Shown: piece after piece, positions 37,232 to 47,066 of the stretch
How the letters are laid out: every line of letters starts with the position of its first letter
How positions within the stretch are numbered: the stretch's first letter is position 1
NCBI GenBank assembly: GCA_947588685.1
Contig: CANPYM010000001.1
Span: 479-64,478 of the forward strand
Source: an uncultured Bacilli bacterium
GTDB lineage: Bacteria; Bacillota_I; Bacilli_A; RF39; UBA660
Direction: 5' to 3'
Length of the DNA: 64,000 bases
The notes under the pieces: model-generated
Databases searched by the model: none
Seen by the model: the letters and a program-made list of their open reading frames with translations, nothing else
Told to the model about the DNA's origin: nothing
Program-made: the position numbers and the translations under genes

Positions 37232-38506
37232 TTATTTATCTTTAATAATAACAATACTGTAGTTTTCAAAGCTGATATTATCTAAAATATCGTTTAGCTC
37301 GTCAATATTCAAAGAATCAATCAAAGCAAACTCATTTAACTCCACTTTGCCATAATTGATAATATTGTTATTAATCTTACTATTGATACCAAAAATGTTG
37401 TCGCTACGGTATATACAGCCACTTTTAAAACTCTTCTTTTTGCGTTCTAATTCTTCACGTGTCGGTCTAATTTTTCCAACATTAGCTAAAAGACGATCTA
37501 AAACCTCTTGATATTTTAGTGACTCATAATCAAGAATATATAATAAGTGTTTATCTGTATGTAGAACGTCATAGCAAACACCGGTACTAATTAATTTATC
37601 GGTCCGAAGCTGTTCTGCAAAAACGGAAGTAGTTCCCAAAAGAAGTGAAAAATAAAGATTTAAATAGATTCTAAGGCGATTAATATCATATCCTGAAGCA
37701 TTAATTTTATAAGATAAGGCTACCTTTGGTAAGGATACTTCAGAGATAACTTCTTCTTTTAAAACATTAACTGTATCAGGCTCATCGTAAGTTTTAACAC
37801 GAATAGGCTTAAAAGGTTCAAAAGTTTTACGGCTTTGATTCTCTTTGATAATTTGAATAGTTTCTTCGGGATCAACATTACCTGTAATCGTCATAAACAT
37901 ATTACCAGGATGATAGAAAGTATTATAACATTTATATAAATCTTCCTTAGTAATTTTCATAATAGTCTCACTTGTCCCACCAATTGGATACCTGATAGGA
38001 TGATATTTAAAACTATTAAATAAGGCTTTATCATAAAGTTTCCATGCGGGATTATCAGCTAACATTTTAATTTCTTGATCGATTATTCCCTTTTCTTTAA
38101 GGACATTTTCATCCGTAAAATAAGGATGTTGAACAAAATCCAAAAGATAATTTAAATTATCTTCAAAATGCGTTGGTCCAGAAAATAGATAAGTTGTTTT
38201 ATAATTAGATGTATTAGCATTAGCATCAGCTCCGCGAGCCGAAAAATAACTAAAAGGATCTATCCCATCTTCCTCTTCAAAAACCTTATGTTCAAGAAAA
38301 TGTGCGACCCCCATTGGTACGGTATAGTATTCCTCTTCACCTAAAGGAATAAATGTATCTTCGATACTACCATACTTAGTTGAAAAAGTTACATAAATAT
38401 TTTTGACTGTTGTTTTAGGAACAATATTTATGAGTAAACCATTATCTAGAGTTTCACTATAAAGATCTAAATCATAATGAACCATTCTACTCTTCTTCAT
38501 TGGCAT
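37232..38506 (-). CDS. M16-family zinc peptidase (catalytic subunit)
   Basis: Inverted zincin motif HFLEH plus a downstream E. Start ambiguous (TTG 38509, ATG 38506, ATG 38500). ATG 38506 lies 5 nt after GGAAGG. Confidence 0.85.
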   Translation of the reverse strand: MPMKKSRMVHYDLDLYSETLDNGLLINIVPKTTVKNIYVTFSTKYGSIEDTFIPLGEEEYYTVPMGVAHFLEHKVFEEEDGIDPFSYFSARGADANANTSNYKTTYLFSGPTHFEDNLNYLLDFVQHPYFTDENVLKEKGIIDQEIKMLADNPAWKLYDKALFNSFKYHPIRYPIGGTSETIMKITKEDLYKCYNTFYHPGNMFMTITGNVDPEETIQIIKENQSRKTFEPFKPIRVKTYDEPDTVNVLKEEVISEVSLPKVALSYKINASGYDINRLRIYLNLYFSLLLGTTSVFAEQLRTDKLISTGVCYDVLHTDKHLLYILDYESLKYQEVLDRLLANVGKIRPTREELERKKKSFKSGCIYRSDNIFGINSKINNNIINYGKVELNEFALIDSLNIDELNDILDNISFENYSIVIIKDK

Positions 38507-39758
38507 CAATTCCTTCCAATAAGAATACGGTGTTTAAATGAATCTTTGATGAAATCGCTACAACCTCATCTTTCGTTACTTGCATAATTTTCTTTCGCCG
38601 TTCGGAAATTGTATCAGCATTTAGATATTCAATAGCGGAATACATCGCCACAATACTTTCAGGATTATCTTCTAATTCTTCTAAACTGCTAAGATATGTC
38701 TCTTTAGCATTGTTAAGTTTAGCATCATCAAAATCACCGGTCTTCATCTTATTAAGTTCTTGATTAATAAGACTTAAAGTCTCATCATAGTCAGCGGCGT
38801 TAATCCCTGCTCTAATAATACCAATACTTAATAGTGGTTGATTTGAGGAATTAATGTAGTAACAAAGCGAATGGTCTTCCCGAACGACTTGAAACAAATT
38901 AGATTCCGTACTACCACCTAAAATGTAGTTATAAACACTTAAAACATAACGTCTTTCATAATCAGTTAAAGGATCTAGTCTAAACCCTAACATCAAAGTA
39001 CTTTGCTCTTTCGTTGTTTTCTCAATTTTTAATTTAATTTCATCATTAACTTCAGGGTGAAGATAAAAATGACTATCTTTACTCTTAATGTTATTTTTAA
39101 ATACTAGATGTTTTTGAACAAGGCTTTCAATGCGATCAACATCTACCTCACCAATAACAAAAACATCTGCTATATCGTTATTAATAACATCACAATAATA
39201 TTCATATAAATCTTTACTTGTAAGTTTTTCTAAGTCCTCCATATAACCAGAACTGCGATAAGAATATATGCCATCGCCCATTTCTTCAAGCATTCTAATC
39301 TGGGCATATGTCCGAACATTTTCATCGAGCGTTGTTAGATAATCACTAAGATTATGATAAGCAATATCATAATTTTCCTTAACAAATGCTCCATTAGAAA
39401 CATTAGGATGATATAAAAACTCTTCTAAAAGTTCAAAAGAAGCATCATCCATGCCCTCTTCTGTATATTTAGGATTGATAAAAGTCATATCAAAACTAAG
39501 AATAGTATAAATACCACTCTCATAATTAGAGCCATGATACGAAAGATCATATAAGTCTTCTGATTTTATTTCCAAAAGGCGTTTAGTTGGATAATTAGCA
39601 GTCGACTCAAAAAGAGCATTAACAAGCATATTACGTTTAGTTATTTCTTCTTTAACAAGTTTTCGCTTAAAATTAACTTTAACATTAATCGTCTTAAAAC
39701 GATCTGTTTGGATAATATGCAAATTATAGTGTTCTTTTTCTAATTTAGTGTATTCCAT
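38487..39758 (-). CDS. M16-family peptidase-like protein (no HxxEH, non-catalytic partner)
   Basis: 423 aa with insulinase-like fold features but no zinc motif. Paired with the catalytic paralogue, like Bacillus ymfF/ymfH. Confidence 0.8.
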   Translation of the reverse strand: MEYTKLEKEHYNLHIIQTDRFKTINVKVNFKRKLVKEEITKRNMLVNALFESTANYPTKRLLEIKSEDLYDLSYHGSNYESGIYTILSFDMTFINPKYTEEGMDDASFELLEEFLYHPNVSNGAFVKENYDIAYHNLSDYLTTLDENVRTYAQIRMLEEMGDGIYSYRSSGYMEDLEKLTSKDLYEYYCDVINNDIADVFVIGEVDVDRIESLVQKHLVFKNNIKSKDSHFYLHPEVNDEIKLKIEKTTKEQSTLMLGFRLDPLTDYERRYVLSVYNYILGGSTESNLFQVVREDHSLCYYINSSNQPLLSIGIIRAGINAADYDETLSLINQELNKMKTGDFDDAKLNNAKETYLSSLEELEDNPESIVAMYSAIEYLNADTISERRKKIMQVTKDEVVAISSKIHLNTVFLLEGIDANEEE

Positions 39759-39772
39759 AAATCACCTATTTT

Positions 39773-40732
39773 CTAATTACTTTTTAGTTCATTTATTAAG
39801 TTTGCCTTTTCCTCATCGGTAAGTGAGGTTGCATTAATGGCATTGATATTAAAGGTCATAAAGTCTTTTTCCGTATAATCAAAAGTTTGATTTAAACGGG
39901 CATATTCATCACTTAAAGTCGTATTCGAAACCGTTCTATTATCGGTATTAATACATACTTTAATTCCGGAATGAACAAGCCTATTAATAGGGTGTTCCTT
40001 AATCTCACTTACCACATTGGTTTGAACATTACTGGTTGGACATACCTCAAGTAAAATATTATTTTCCTTAACATATTCCATTAACTGAGGTGAAGAAATA
40101 ATTCTAATACCATGGCCAATTCTTTTAGCTCCAAACCTGATTGCATCAGCAATACTAACCTCGCCATCAGCTTCACCCGCATGAATCGTATATCTAACGC
40201 CCTTTTCTTTGGCATAAGCAAATAAACCTTCAAAGAATGATGTCTTATAAGTTGCTTCATCACCAGCTAAATCAACACCAATGACCCCATCATCTTCATA
40301 CTTCTTAGCTAAATCAATAATCTGCTTATTTTTTTCTAATGAATCGTTTCGCATCATTGATAAAATTAAGTTTGTTTTAAGATCAACTTTAGCTAAACCT
40401 TCTAAAACAGCATCAACAACTTCTTCTAGTGTTAAAGCACTGGTATGTTGATGCGGCGCAAAACGAATTTCTGCATAAATAACATTTTCATCTTTTAAAT
40501 CCATCGCGAGTTCGCTAGCAATGCGAATTAAGTTTTCTTTCGTTTGCATAACGGATATTGGTAATTCAAACCTTGTTAGATAATCAGCTAGATTATGGCA
40601 TTTTAATGGCGCAACTGCTTTCGCATTAGCTTCTTCAATAGTTATACCAGCTAATTCCGCTAGTGTTGGAACTCTAACACTACCATCTAAATGAACATGT
40701 AATTCAACTTTCTTCATTTTTTTATAATTCAT
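39773..40732 (-). CDS. add: adenosine deaminase
   Basis: 319 aa. VELHVHLDGS metal motif, HAGE, NTDN near the C-terminus. Confidence 0.9.
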   Translation of the reverse strand: MNYKKMKKVELHVHLDGSVRVPTLAELAGITIEEANAKAVAPLKCHNLADYLTRFELPISVMQTKENLIRIASELAMDLKDENVIYAEIRFAPHQHTSALTLEEVVDAVLEGLAKVDLKTNLILSMMRNDSLEKNKQIIDLAKKYEDDGVIGVDLAGDEATYKTSFFEGLFAYAKEKGVRYTIHAGEADGEVSIADAIRFGAKRIGHGIRIISSPQLMEYVKENNILLEVCPTSNVQTNVVSEIKEHPINRLVHSGIKVCINTDNRTVSNTTLSDEYARLNQTFDYTEKDFMTFNINAINATSLTDEEKANLINELKSN

Positions 40733-40739
40733 ACTACAC

Positions 40740-41447
40740 CTACAATCTACTAGCTACCAGAAGGGCTAACTTAATCATCGCATCAAAAGACGTTTCGCGC
40801 TCTTCACTAGTGGCTTTCTCACCGGTAATAAAATGATCAGAAATAGTAACTAAACAAGCAGCCTCTTTATTTAAAATCTTAGCAGTATTAAATAAAGCAA
40901 AGGATTCCATTTCACAAGCTAAGCAGCCATATCTATCATATAACTCTTGAAAATTATCATTTGTTTTATAGAAAACATCACTACTATGTAAGCGGCCAGC
41001 TAAAATCTTTTGATCTAACTCCGTGGCCACAGCTTTAATCATTTCATTAAGTCTTGAGCTACTAGATAAAATGTTTGCTTCTTCCCCACTTTGTACTTTA
41101 GCAAAGCTAGATTCAGAATATGCATCTAAGGCAAGCATAACATCGTATAATTTTAGCTCTTCACTATAAGCACCGGCTGAACCGATACGAATAATATTGT
41201 CTACATCATAAAACTTATATAATTCATAACTATAAATACCAATACTAGGCATACCCATACCAGAGGCCATAACTGTAACTTCTTTGCCATTATAAGTTCC
41301 CGTATACGCATAAATATTACGAACACTATTAACAAGCTTATAATCTGATAAATAATTTTCCGCTATGTATTTAGCACGTAAGGGATCACCTGGCATCAAA
41401 ACTGTTTTAGCAATACTACCAAGAGGTGCTTCAATATGTGGGGTCAT
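40740..41447 (-). CDS. deoD: purine nucleoside phosphorylase, DeoD type
   Basis: 235 aa. MTPHIEA...VLMPGDPLRAKYIAE N-terminus, GMGMPS, and EMES motif (ACEMESFAL). Confidence 0.92.
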   Translation of the reverse strand: MTPHIEAPLGSIAKTVLMPGDPLRAKYIAENYLSDYKLVNSVRNIYAYTGTYNGKEVTVMASGMGMPSIGIYSYELYKFYDVDNIIRIGSAGAYSEELKLYDVMLALDAYSESSFAKVQSGEEANILSSSSRLNEMIKAVATELDQKILAGRLHSSDVFYKTNDNFQELYDRYGCLACEMESFALFNTAKILNKEAACLVTISDHFITGEKATSEERETSFDAMIKLALLVASRL

Positions 41448-41560
41448 TAAATCACTCCTTTATATTATTCCCTATCTTGGGACATCTAAACATAAATCTT
41501 TTGATTGTCTATTCTAATATAACTATAACATTTTTTATCTTTAAAGTAAATAAAGAGGAT

Positions 41561-42376
41561 TTATTCCTCTTTATCACGATACTCTTTAACATTAATAGCA
41601 ATGCCTAATACTAGTATATAAGATATGACATATATCCAAAGCATCAAAATAACGATACTTGATAAACTGCCATAGAAAATATCATAGTTAGCAAAATGCG
41701 ATATATAATATGAAAAAATAATGGTTGCCACAATCCAACCAAAAGTTGTAAATAAAGAACCTTTGGTTGTGTTCTTGCTTAATATCTGCCAATCCGGCGC
41801 AATAACATAAATTAATTTAATAGCAAAATAAATTAAAATCATCGCAAGCGGCCATCTAGCAAAAAAGAAAGTCCAGTACAAGGCATTCGCTAATGTCGAT
41901 TCATTTAAGTTAGCTAAAATAAGTTTAGCTATACTATTACCATAGGTTAAAACCGCTAAGGTAAAAGCTAATAAAACAACAAGAATAAATATTAAAAAAA
42001 TAGCTTTAACTCTTCTTTTAACAAAATCATCGGCTGGGAAACCATATAAGGCATTCGAAGCTGTAATAATGGCATAAGAACCATTACTCGCTAAGAAAAA
42101 GCCAATCACCATTGATAATCCAATGGTTGTATCAAAACTTTTACCACTGATAAAATCGATTAAAGATCTAGCAATATCTTGTGGTAAAGCGGAACTAATC
42201 ATCTCAGTAATTGTTCCAACCGAAATATCGAAAAATGAGGCTACCCAACCAACTAAAATTAATAATGGAAAAATTGATAGGATAAGGAAAAAGGCAATTT
42301 GACCTGGCAAAATACTTACCATAGGATCACTAATTAGGCCTTTTATTTCCTTCCACCAGTTACGTAAACGTTTCAT
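41561..42376 (-). CDS. YihY/BrkB-family membrane protein
   Basis: 271 aa with six TM helices. The N-terminal W..I.......S..A.A.AFF.LLS.FP-like pattern (ILPGQIAFFLILSIFPLLI). Confidence 0.8.
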   Translation of the reverse strand: MKRLRNWWKEIKGLISDPMVSILPGQIAFFLILSIFPLLILVGWVASFFDISVGTITEMISSALPQDIARSLIDFISGKSFDTTIGLSMVIGFFLASNGSYAIITASNALYGFPADDFVKRRVKAIFLIFILVVLLAFTLAVLTYGNSIAKLILANLNESTLANALYWTFFFARWPLAMILIYFAIKLIYVIAPDWQILSKNTTKGSLFTTFGWIVATIIFSYYISHFANYDIFYGSLSSIVILMLWIYVISYILVLGIAINVKEYRDKEE

Positions 42377-42382
42377 ACGCTC

Positions 42383-42583
42383 CTAATTTTCTTTAATATG
42401 AATTAAATCTTTAGCAATTTCTTCTAAAGCTCGACCGATATCTTTAGAAGAAACATATTCGTTTTCCTTCATTTGATAATATTCTTTTTCGTGCATCTCT
42501 TTTGCTCGTTTAGAAACTAAGTTTACTAATAAATATTTAGATCCTACTTTTGTAAGTAATTTATCAATTGATGGATATATCAT
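42383..42583 (-). CDS. rpoZ: DNA-directed RNA polymerase omega subunit
   Basis: 66 aa. [30 protein letters not shown] closely parallels Bacillus RpoZ/YloH. ATG at 42583 after a GGGAG SD. Confidence 0.85.
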   Translation of the reverse strand: MIYPSIDKLLTKVGSKYLLVNLVSKRAKEMHEKEYYQMKENEYVSSKDIGRALEEIAKDLIHIKEN

Positions 42584-42664
42584 ATTATCACGCTCCCTAA
42601 TATGATCATATCGCATTTTACATTTTCAAGCAACAGATATACACAAAGTTGACAAAACTTGACA

Positions 42665-43939
42665 TCAACTAATTATCTCATAGATTAGTGGTTCCTTATC
42701 AACTTTTTCCATACCAATATCAAAGCAATTCAAGATTGTTTCAATTTTCATATCTTTTTCATTTAAATATATTTTGATTAGTTCATCATTAACTTTAACA
42801 TAATCACCAATTTTATGAGTTAAAGTAAAACCGACGCTCGGATCTATAACATCTGTTTTAGCTAACCTTCCAGCACCTATCAGTCTAGCTATCTCACCTA
42901 AGCCAAAAGTATCAATATGATTTATATAACCTTCCTTAGCTGACTTGACCGAAAAGATACGCTTAGAGATTTTTAAATTAGTTAAATCGCCTTTTTGATA
43001 AGTAACCATTTCTTCAAACTTATGGTAAGCATCGCCACTTTGTAATTTTTTTAGGCATAAAGTCTTAGCGTCTTCAAGAGGCATATCTTCCGTTTTATTT
43101 AAGACTAAGGCAGCCATATTGATAACTAATTCAATTAAATCAGCCGGTCCATAACCTTTTAATGTCTCAATAGCTTCTTGAACCTCTAAAGCATTACCAA
43201 CCGCATTACCAAGTGGTTCGTTCATATTGGTAAGAAGGCAAATAACCGTTTTATCAAAACGACGACCAATATTAATCATCATTTTAGCTAACGATCTTGC
43301 ACTATCAATATCTTTCATTAAAGCACCATTACCAACTTTGACATCAATGAAAATCATATCAGCACCACTGGCTAATTTCTTTGACATAATTGATGAGGCA
43401 ATTAAAGGAATAGAATCAACGGTACCCGTCACATCTCTTAAGGCATATAGTTTTTTATCAGCGGGAACAATATTACCCGTCTGACTGATAATAGCAAGGC
43501 CAATATCATTTACTTCTTTAATAAAATCATCTTGACTAAGTTCAACCTTAAAGCCATCAATCGCTTCTAATTTATCAATAGTTCCACCAGTATGACCTAG
43601 TCCCCGACCACTCATTTTAGCCATCTTTGGTCCCAAGGAAGCAAGTAATGGGCCTAAAACAAGAGTTACTTTATCACCTACACCACCGGTTGAATGCTTG
43701 TCAACCTTAATTCCATTAATTTTACTAAGATCAATCTTATCGCCACTATTTAGCATTGCTTTAGTTAGATAAAAAGTTTCTTCTTCATCCATTCCATTTA
43801 AAACGATAGCCATCAGTAAAGAGCTAATTTGATAATCTAAAATGCTTCCATCAAGCATTCCAGTTATCATAAAGTTAATTTCTTCTTCCGTTAACTTTTG
43901 CTTATTTTTTTTATGTTCGATGACATCTATAATTGTCAT
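42665..43939 (-). CDS. pdp: pyrimidine-nucleoside phosphorylase
   Basis: 424 aa. VDKHSTGGVGDK phosphate-binding motif and SGRGLGHTGGT loop. Confidence 0.92.
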   Translation of the reverse strand: MTIIDVIEHKKNKQKLTEEEINFMITGMLDGSILDYQISSLLMAIVLNGMDEEETFYLTKAMLNSGDKIDLSKINGIKVDKHSTGGVGDKVTLVLGPLLASLGPKMAKMSGRGLGHTGGTIDKLEAIDGFKVELSQDDFIKEVNDIGLAIISQTGNIVPADKKLYALRDVTGTVDSIPLIASSIMSKKLASGADMIFIDVKVGNGALMKDIDSARSLAKMMINIGRRFDKTVICLLTNMNEPLGNAVGNALEVQEAIETLKGYGPADLIELVINMAALVLNKTEDMPLEDAKTLCLKKLQSGDAYHKFEEMVTYQKGDLTNLKISKRIFSVKSAKEGYINHIDTFGLGEIARLIGAGRLAKTDVIDPSVGFTLTHKIGDYVKVNDELIKIYLNEKDMKIETILNCFDIGMEKVDKEPLIYEIIS

Positions 43940-43996
43940 ATTATCACCATCTTCATTTTACCATAACCATCGTAAAAAAGAAAGTTGGACTACTTG

Positions 43997-44140
43997 TTAT
44001 TCTTCTTTGCCTTTATTTGACAAAAATGTAACTTTTTCAGCAACAACTTCGACATATTTTTTATGCGTATCATCATCTAAGGTTACATCACGGGTCTGAA
44101 TCCGACCTTTCACACCTATTAAAGTCTTTAGGTATACACA
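43997..44140 (-). pseudogene. 3-prime remnant of a single-stranded DNA-binding protein gene (last 48 codons, no start)
   Basis: The minus frame reads CVYLKTLIGVKGRIQTRDVTLDDDTHKKYVEVVAEKVTFLSNKGKEE-stop. This aligns by eye with the last OB-fold strands of bacterial SSB (FLKKGSL.GV.GRLQTR.Y....G....V.EV.A..V.FL). Upstream codons lose all resemblance at about 44135, where the plus-strand phage cargo gene begins. Confidence 0.6.
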
Positions 44141-44154
44141 AGGAGGAAGAAAAT

Positions 44155-44658
44155 ATGTATTGCAAAAATCTTTTAAAAAAAATGAAGAAAGGTCATTACT
44201 ACCTATATTGCAAATTGCTAAAAGAAGAAATCACTTTTGATAAATGTCATGGTTGTCAATTTAAAGAATACAAACGATATGAACCTATGAAAAGGCATTC
44301 AAGCAAACAATTAAAAATGGAAAAGATGCGTTTTAGTATATTATATAAAAACTTGTCTATATGTGCAGAATGCGGCATTAAAAATGGTAGTTTCGATGAT
44401 AGAATTGGTATGTTTACACATATTGACAAAAATGAAGTTTTTGAAGGATCGTATAGAGAAACATCAATAAAAAATGGAATGATTGTGCCATTATGTAGTT
44501 ATTGCCATAAAAAGTTTCATAATAACAAAAACTTCAATCTAAAATATAAAAATCTATTTGAAAATGAATTCTTAAAAGAGAAAAGTATTGAAGAATTCAT
44601 AAGTTTATTTAAAAAAGATTATATTTACTTATATGAAAAAGCTAGCAAAAATGACTAG
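44155..44658 (+). CDS. zinc-finger HNH/NinG-like nuclease-family protein
   Basis: 167 aa with an AAGGAGG SD. CxxC pairs (CHGC, CAEC, CSYC), a basic middle stretch, and C-terminal THID...N...LCSYCHKKFHNN resembling an HNH/NinG beta-beta-alpha-Me core. Confidence 0.5.
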   Translation: MYCKNLLKKMKKGHYYLYCKLLKEEITFDKCHGCQFKEYKRYEPMKRHSSKQLKMEKMRFSILYKNLSICAECGIKNGSFDDRIGMFTHIDKNEVFEGSYRETSIKNGMIVPLCSYCHKKFHNNKNFNLKYKNLFENEFLKEKSIEEFISLFKKDYIYLYEKASKND

Positions 44659-44663
44659 CTTTT

Positions 44664-44810
44664 TTAATAAATAATTTTAAAATAATTAAATGGATCTTCG
44701 CTACCAACAACTTTATCAAGAAAGTTTCGTAATTCTTCGAAAAACATTAATGATATCATGATATCGGTATCATTGATTAAATTATAAAATATAGTAGTTT
44801 TTTCATTCAT
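44664..44810 (-). CDS. small acidic hypothetical protein (48 aa), not in the ORF track
   Basis: ATG at 44810 lies 4 nt after a GGAGGTG SD. The product is MNEKTTIFYNLINDTDIMISLMFFEELRNFLDKVVGSEDPFNYFKIIY. It lies downstream of the endolysin terminator, so it is probably separately transcribed. Confidence 0.5.
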   Translation of the reverse strand: MNEKTTIFYNLINDTDIMISLMFFEELRNFLDKVVGSEDPFNYFKIIY

Positions 44811-44876
44811 TATAACACCTCCTACTATATTATTATTGATTTAATGCCTATTTCCTTTTTTAAAAAATTATTTCAT

Positions 44877-44912
44877 AAAAAAATAGGTAAGGACATAATC
44901 GTCCTTACCTTT
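44877..44912 (-). terminator. rho-independent terminator after the endolysin gene (bidirectional shape)
   Basis: GGTAAGGAC-ataatc-GTCCTTACC (perfect 9-bp stem) flanked by an A-run and a T-run. Confidence 0.8.
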
Positions 44913-44926
44913 TAATATAATAAACT

Positions 44927-45865
44927 TTATATTTTTTTCAAAGCAGATGCTTTATAATAACCGGTTGTGCCAGAATCATTTCCAACTTTATAAGGATATT
45001 TTGCGCTAGGATATATCTTTTTAATTTTTCTGGTCCAACCAATACCATATGCAGTTTTACCACCACCATCTTTTGTTTCTTTTCCTGTTCCAATAATTTT
45101 AACCTTATTACCTTCTGCTAAAGCATTTGAAGAAGTTGTAGGATTAGGAGTTGGCGCAGGTTCTAGCTTTGGTGCTGGTGTAGATTCTGGTTGAGACTGT
45201 AGCTCAACTTTTTTGATATATCCATTTAGTCCTTTTTCTAACATAATACCAGGATAATCTTTATAAGCATAGTCTTGGTCACATACCACACCGGCCACTT
45301 TATTCGTCCTTACATAATTGGAGCTACCACCGAACTGCCACATTCCGTGCATTGGACTTGCAGGGTTAGATTTGCTCCAATTCGCTAACCATTTATCATA
45401 AGGCTTAATTATTGTACTATCTATTTTATTTTTAAACCAGTTGGAATTAGCATAGACACTGACATAATATCCTTTACCTTCTAAATATTCGCAAAAGCCT
45501 TTTACAGCTTCAGCTACGGCTTTCTTGCTTGCCTTGCTCTGATATTTCGTATCTTCAACATCTATAGCGATTGGATATTCAAATTGTTTTCCTTTTAGAC
45601 AATTCTTATACATATATTCGGCTTCAGCTTGTCCATTTGCATAAGTTGTTGCCCTAGAAAACCAGTATGCTCCGACTTGAATACCATTATTTTTAGCATT
45701 TTTATAATGACTTTCAAAACATTTGTCTTTAGCTTTAGATGTTCCATTTCCAGAACCAGTATAACCAGCTCTTATAATGGCAAACTTGACACCCTCGCTT
45801 TTTGCCTTTTTAAAGTCGAATCCCATCTGCCATTCTGATATATCAATACCAAATATTTTATTCAT
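44927..45865 (-). CDS. endolysin: GH25 muramidase with P/T-rich linker and C-terminal SH3-like wall-binding domain
   Basis: GIDISEWQ...FAIIRAGYTG...IAIDVE...VCDQDY GH25 pattern, a linker PESTPAPKLEPAPTPNPTT, and a basic C-terminal domain. ATG at 45865 follows a GAGGTGA SD. Confidence 0.9.
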   Translation of the reverse strand: MNKIFGIDISEWQMGFDFKKAKSEGVKFAIIRAGYTGSGNGTSKAKDKCFESHYKNAKNNGIQVGAYWFSRATTYANGQAEAEYMYKNCLKGKQFEYPIAIDVEDTKYQSKASKKAVAEAVKGFCEYLEGKGYYVSVYANSNWFKNKIDSTIIKPYDKWLANWSKSNPASPMHGMWQFGGSSNYVRTNKVAGVVCDQDYAYKDYPGIMLEKGLNGYIKKVELQSQPESTPAPKLEPAPTPNPTTSSNALAEGNKVKIIGTGKETKDGGGKTAYGIGWTRKIKKIYPSAKYPYKVGNDSGTTGYYKASALKKI

Positions 45866-45889
45866 CTTATTCACCTCTCTTTGTTTTAC

Positions 45890-46135
45890 TTATTTTTTTA
45901 TGTGAACTAAATCATAAATGCCTGCAACACCGAATGCTGCACCAAAACAAATTAAGCCTGCTGTTAAAGGATTACTAATTAATCCTGTAGCAATTGTGAT
46001 TACTGTTGCAACAATGCTAATTACTAAATTTTGTAACGGAATAAATCTTGATGGGACTAAATTGTTTTTAAAGAACATACCCAAAACTCCTGTAACAACT
46101 GCTGTAACAACTGCTATAATTACCTCTACTGTCAT
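45890..46135 (-). CDS. holin (81 aa, multi-TM)
   Basis: Three hydrophobic segments and a charged C-terminus (HIKK), immediately upstream of the endolysin. AGGTAGGTGA SD. Confidence 0.75.
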   Translation of the reverse strand: MTVEVIIAVVTAVVTGVLGMFFKNNLVPSRFIPLQNLVISIVATVITIATGLISNPLTAGLICFGAAFGVAGIYDLVHIKK

Positions 46136-46153
46136 GCTATCACCTACCTTTCA

Positions 46154-46456
46154 TTAATTCTTCTCTATCAAATAATTTTGCATCTCAGTTTTTGTGGTTT
46201 TTAATTTTTCAATTCCGTTTCCAGTTATTTCGTGATCAAGTAACGCAACTAAAGACTTACAAATCATTTTGTTTGTTTGCTCAATCGAAGTAAGCCTTTT
46301 ATTATCGTTACCTAATAGTTCATCATGCTTTGAAAGCTTCTTCTTTATATCAGTAACCGGACTGATGAAATTGCCTATTGCTTTAATTGCATTTATTAAA
46401 ACAACAATTCCACCGGCAATAGCCAAAATTAATTCCCAAGTTATTGTCAAAATCAT
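46154..46456 (-). CDS. phage membrane protein (N-terminal TM + coiled coil), possible holin partner
   Basis: 100 aa. One TM helix (WELILAIAGGIVVLINAI) followed by an amphipathic helical region. First gene after the fibre-module terminator. Confidence 0.6.
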   Translation of the reverse strand: MILTITWELILAIAGGIVVLINAIKAIGNFISPVTDIKKKLSKHDELLGNDNKRLTSIEQTNKMICKSLVALLDHEITGNGIEKLKTTKTEMQNYLIEKN

Positions 46457-46473
46457 TCATCTCCTTCTATTAA

Positions 46474-46510
46474 ATAAAAAGAAACAACCTTTAACTTGAA
46501 GTTATTTCTT
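46474..46510 (-). terminator. terminator between fibre and lysis modules
   Basis: Minus strand GAAATAAC-12 nt loop-GTTGTTTC (one G-U pair) followed by TTTTTATTT. Confidence 0.5.
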
Positions 46511-46544
46511 TATTCATTAATTACGCTTTTAAACAAGCTGAAAA

Positions 46545-47063
46545 TTATAATTCTTGCAAAATAATGGATGTCATATCGTTGCCAACCGCTGCGACATATT
46601 TTCGAGGGCGAGCATAAATGCTAACAATATCGTCAGCGTTTAAATCCAAGATACAATCAATCGGTATTGTTGACGCCGAATATATTTCTTCTCCAGAAGT
46701 TGCACAAAATACCCTAGCAATGTTTCCATTAACATAAATTATTAAATTGCTGGCACTGGCTCCAGCTGTTTGGATTTGTAAAGCAGTCGTACCATAGATA
46801 TGAACTCTACACTTTCTGTTGATTTTTATATCACCATTTAAAAGTGAAAATGCGTCGCCATCATTAATTCGGGTATTAGTTAAATTAATCTTTACTGTGT
46901 CACCAGCTTGAATACGCAAAGCGTCCGTAAAATAAGCATCCATTAAAGATTTACTTAAAATATCACTTAATAATTCCGTTTTATTATGTAAAATAGAATC
47001 ACTTGTAATTTTATATTTTTTAGATTTAAAAATTCGCCATTTCAATAATCTTGCTATTTGCAA
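46545..47063 (-). CDS. fibre-tip cassette 2: shared N-terminal adaptor + C1q/TNF-like jelly-roll head (suspected)
   Basis: 172 aa. The only start candidate is TTG at 47063 and there is no SD. The N-terminal KSKKYKITSDSILHNKTELLSDIL is paralogous to cassette 1. The C-terminal G.Y.I......L.IYVNG........S....L.L.A.D.V.IY pattern is like BclA/C1q heads. Confidence 0.6.
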   Translation of the reverse strand: MQIARLLKWRIFKSKKYKITSDSILHNKTELLSDILSKSLMDAYFTDALRIQAGDTVKINLTNTRINDGDAFSLLNGDIKINRKCRVHIYGTTALQIQTAGASASNLIIYVNGNIARVFCATSGEEIYSASTIPIDCILDLNADDIVSIYARPRKYVAAVGNDMTSIILQEL

Positions 47064-47066
47064 ATT

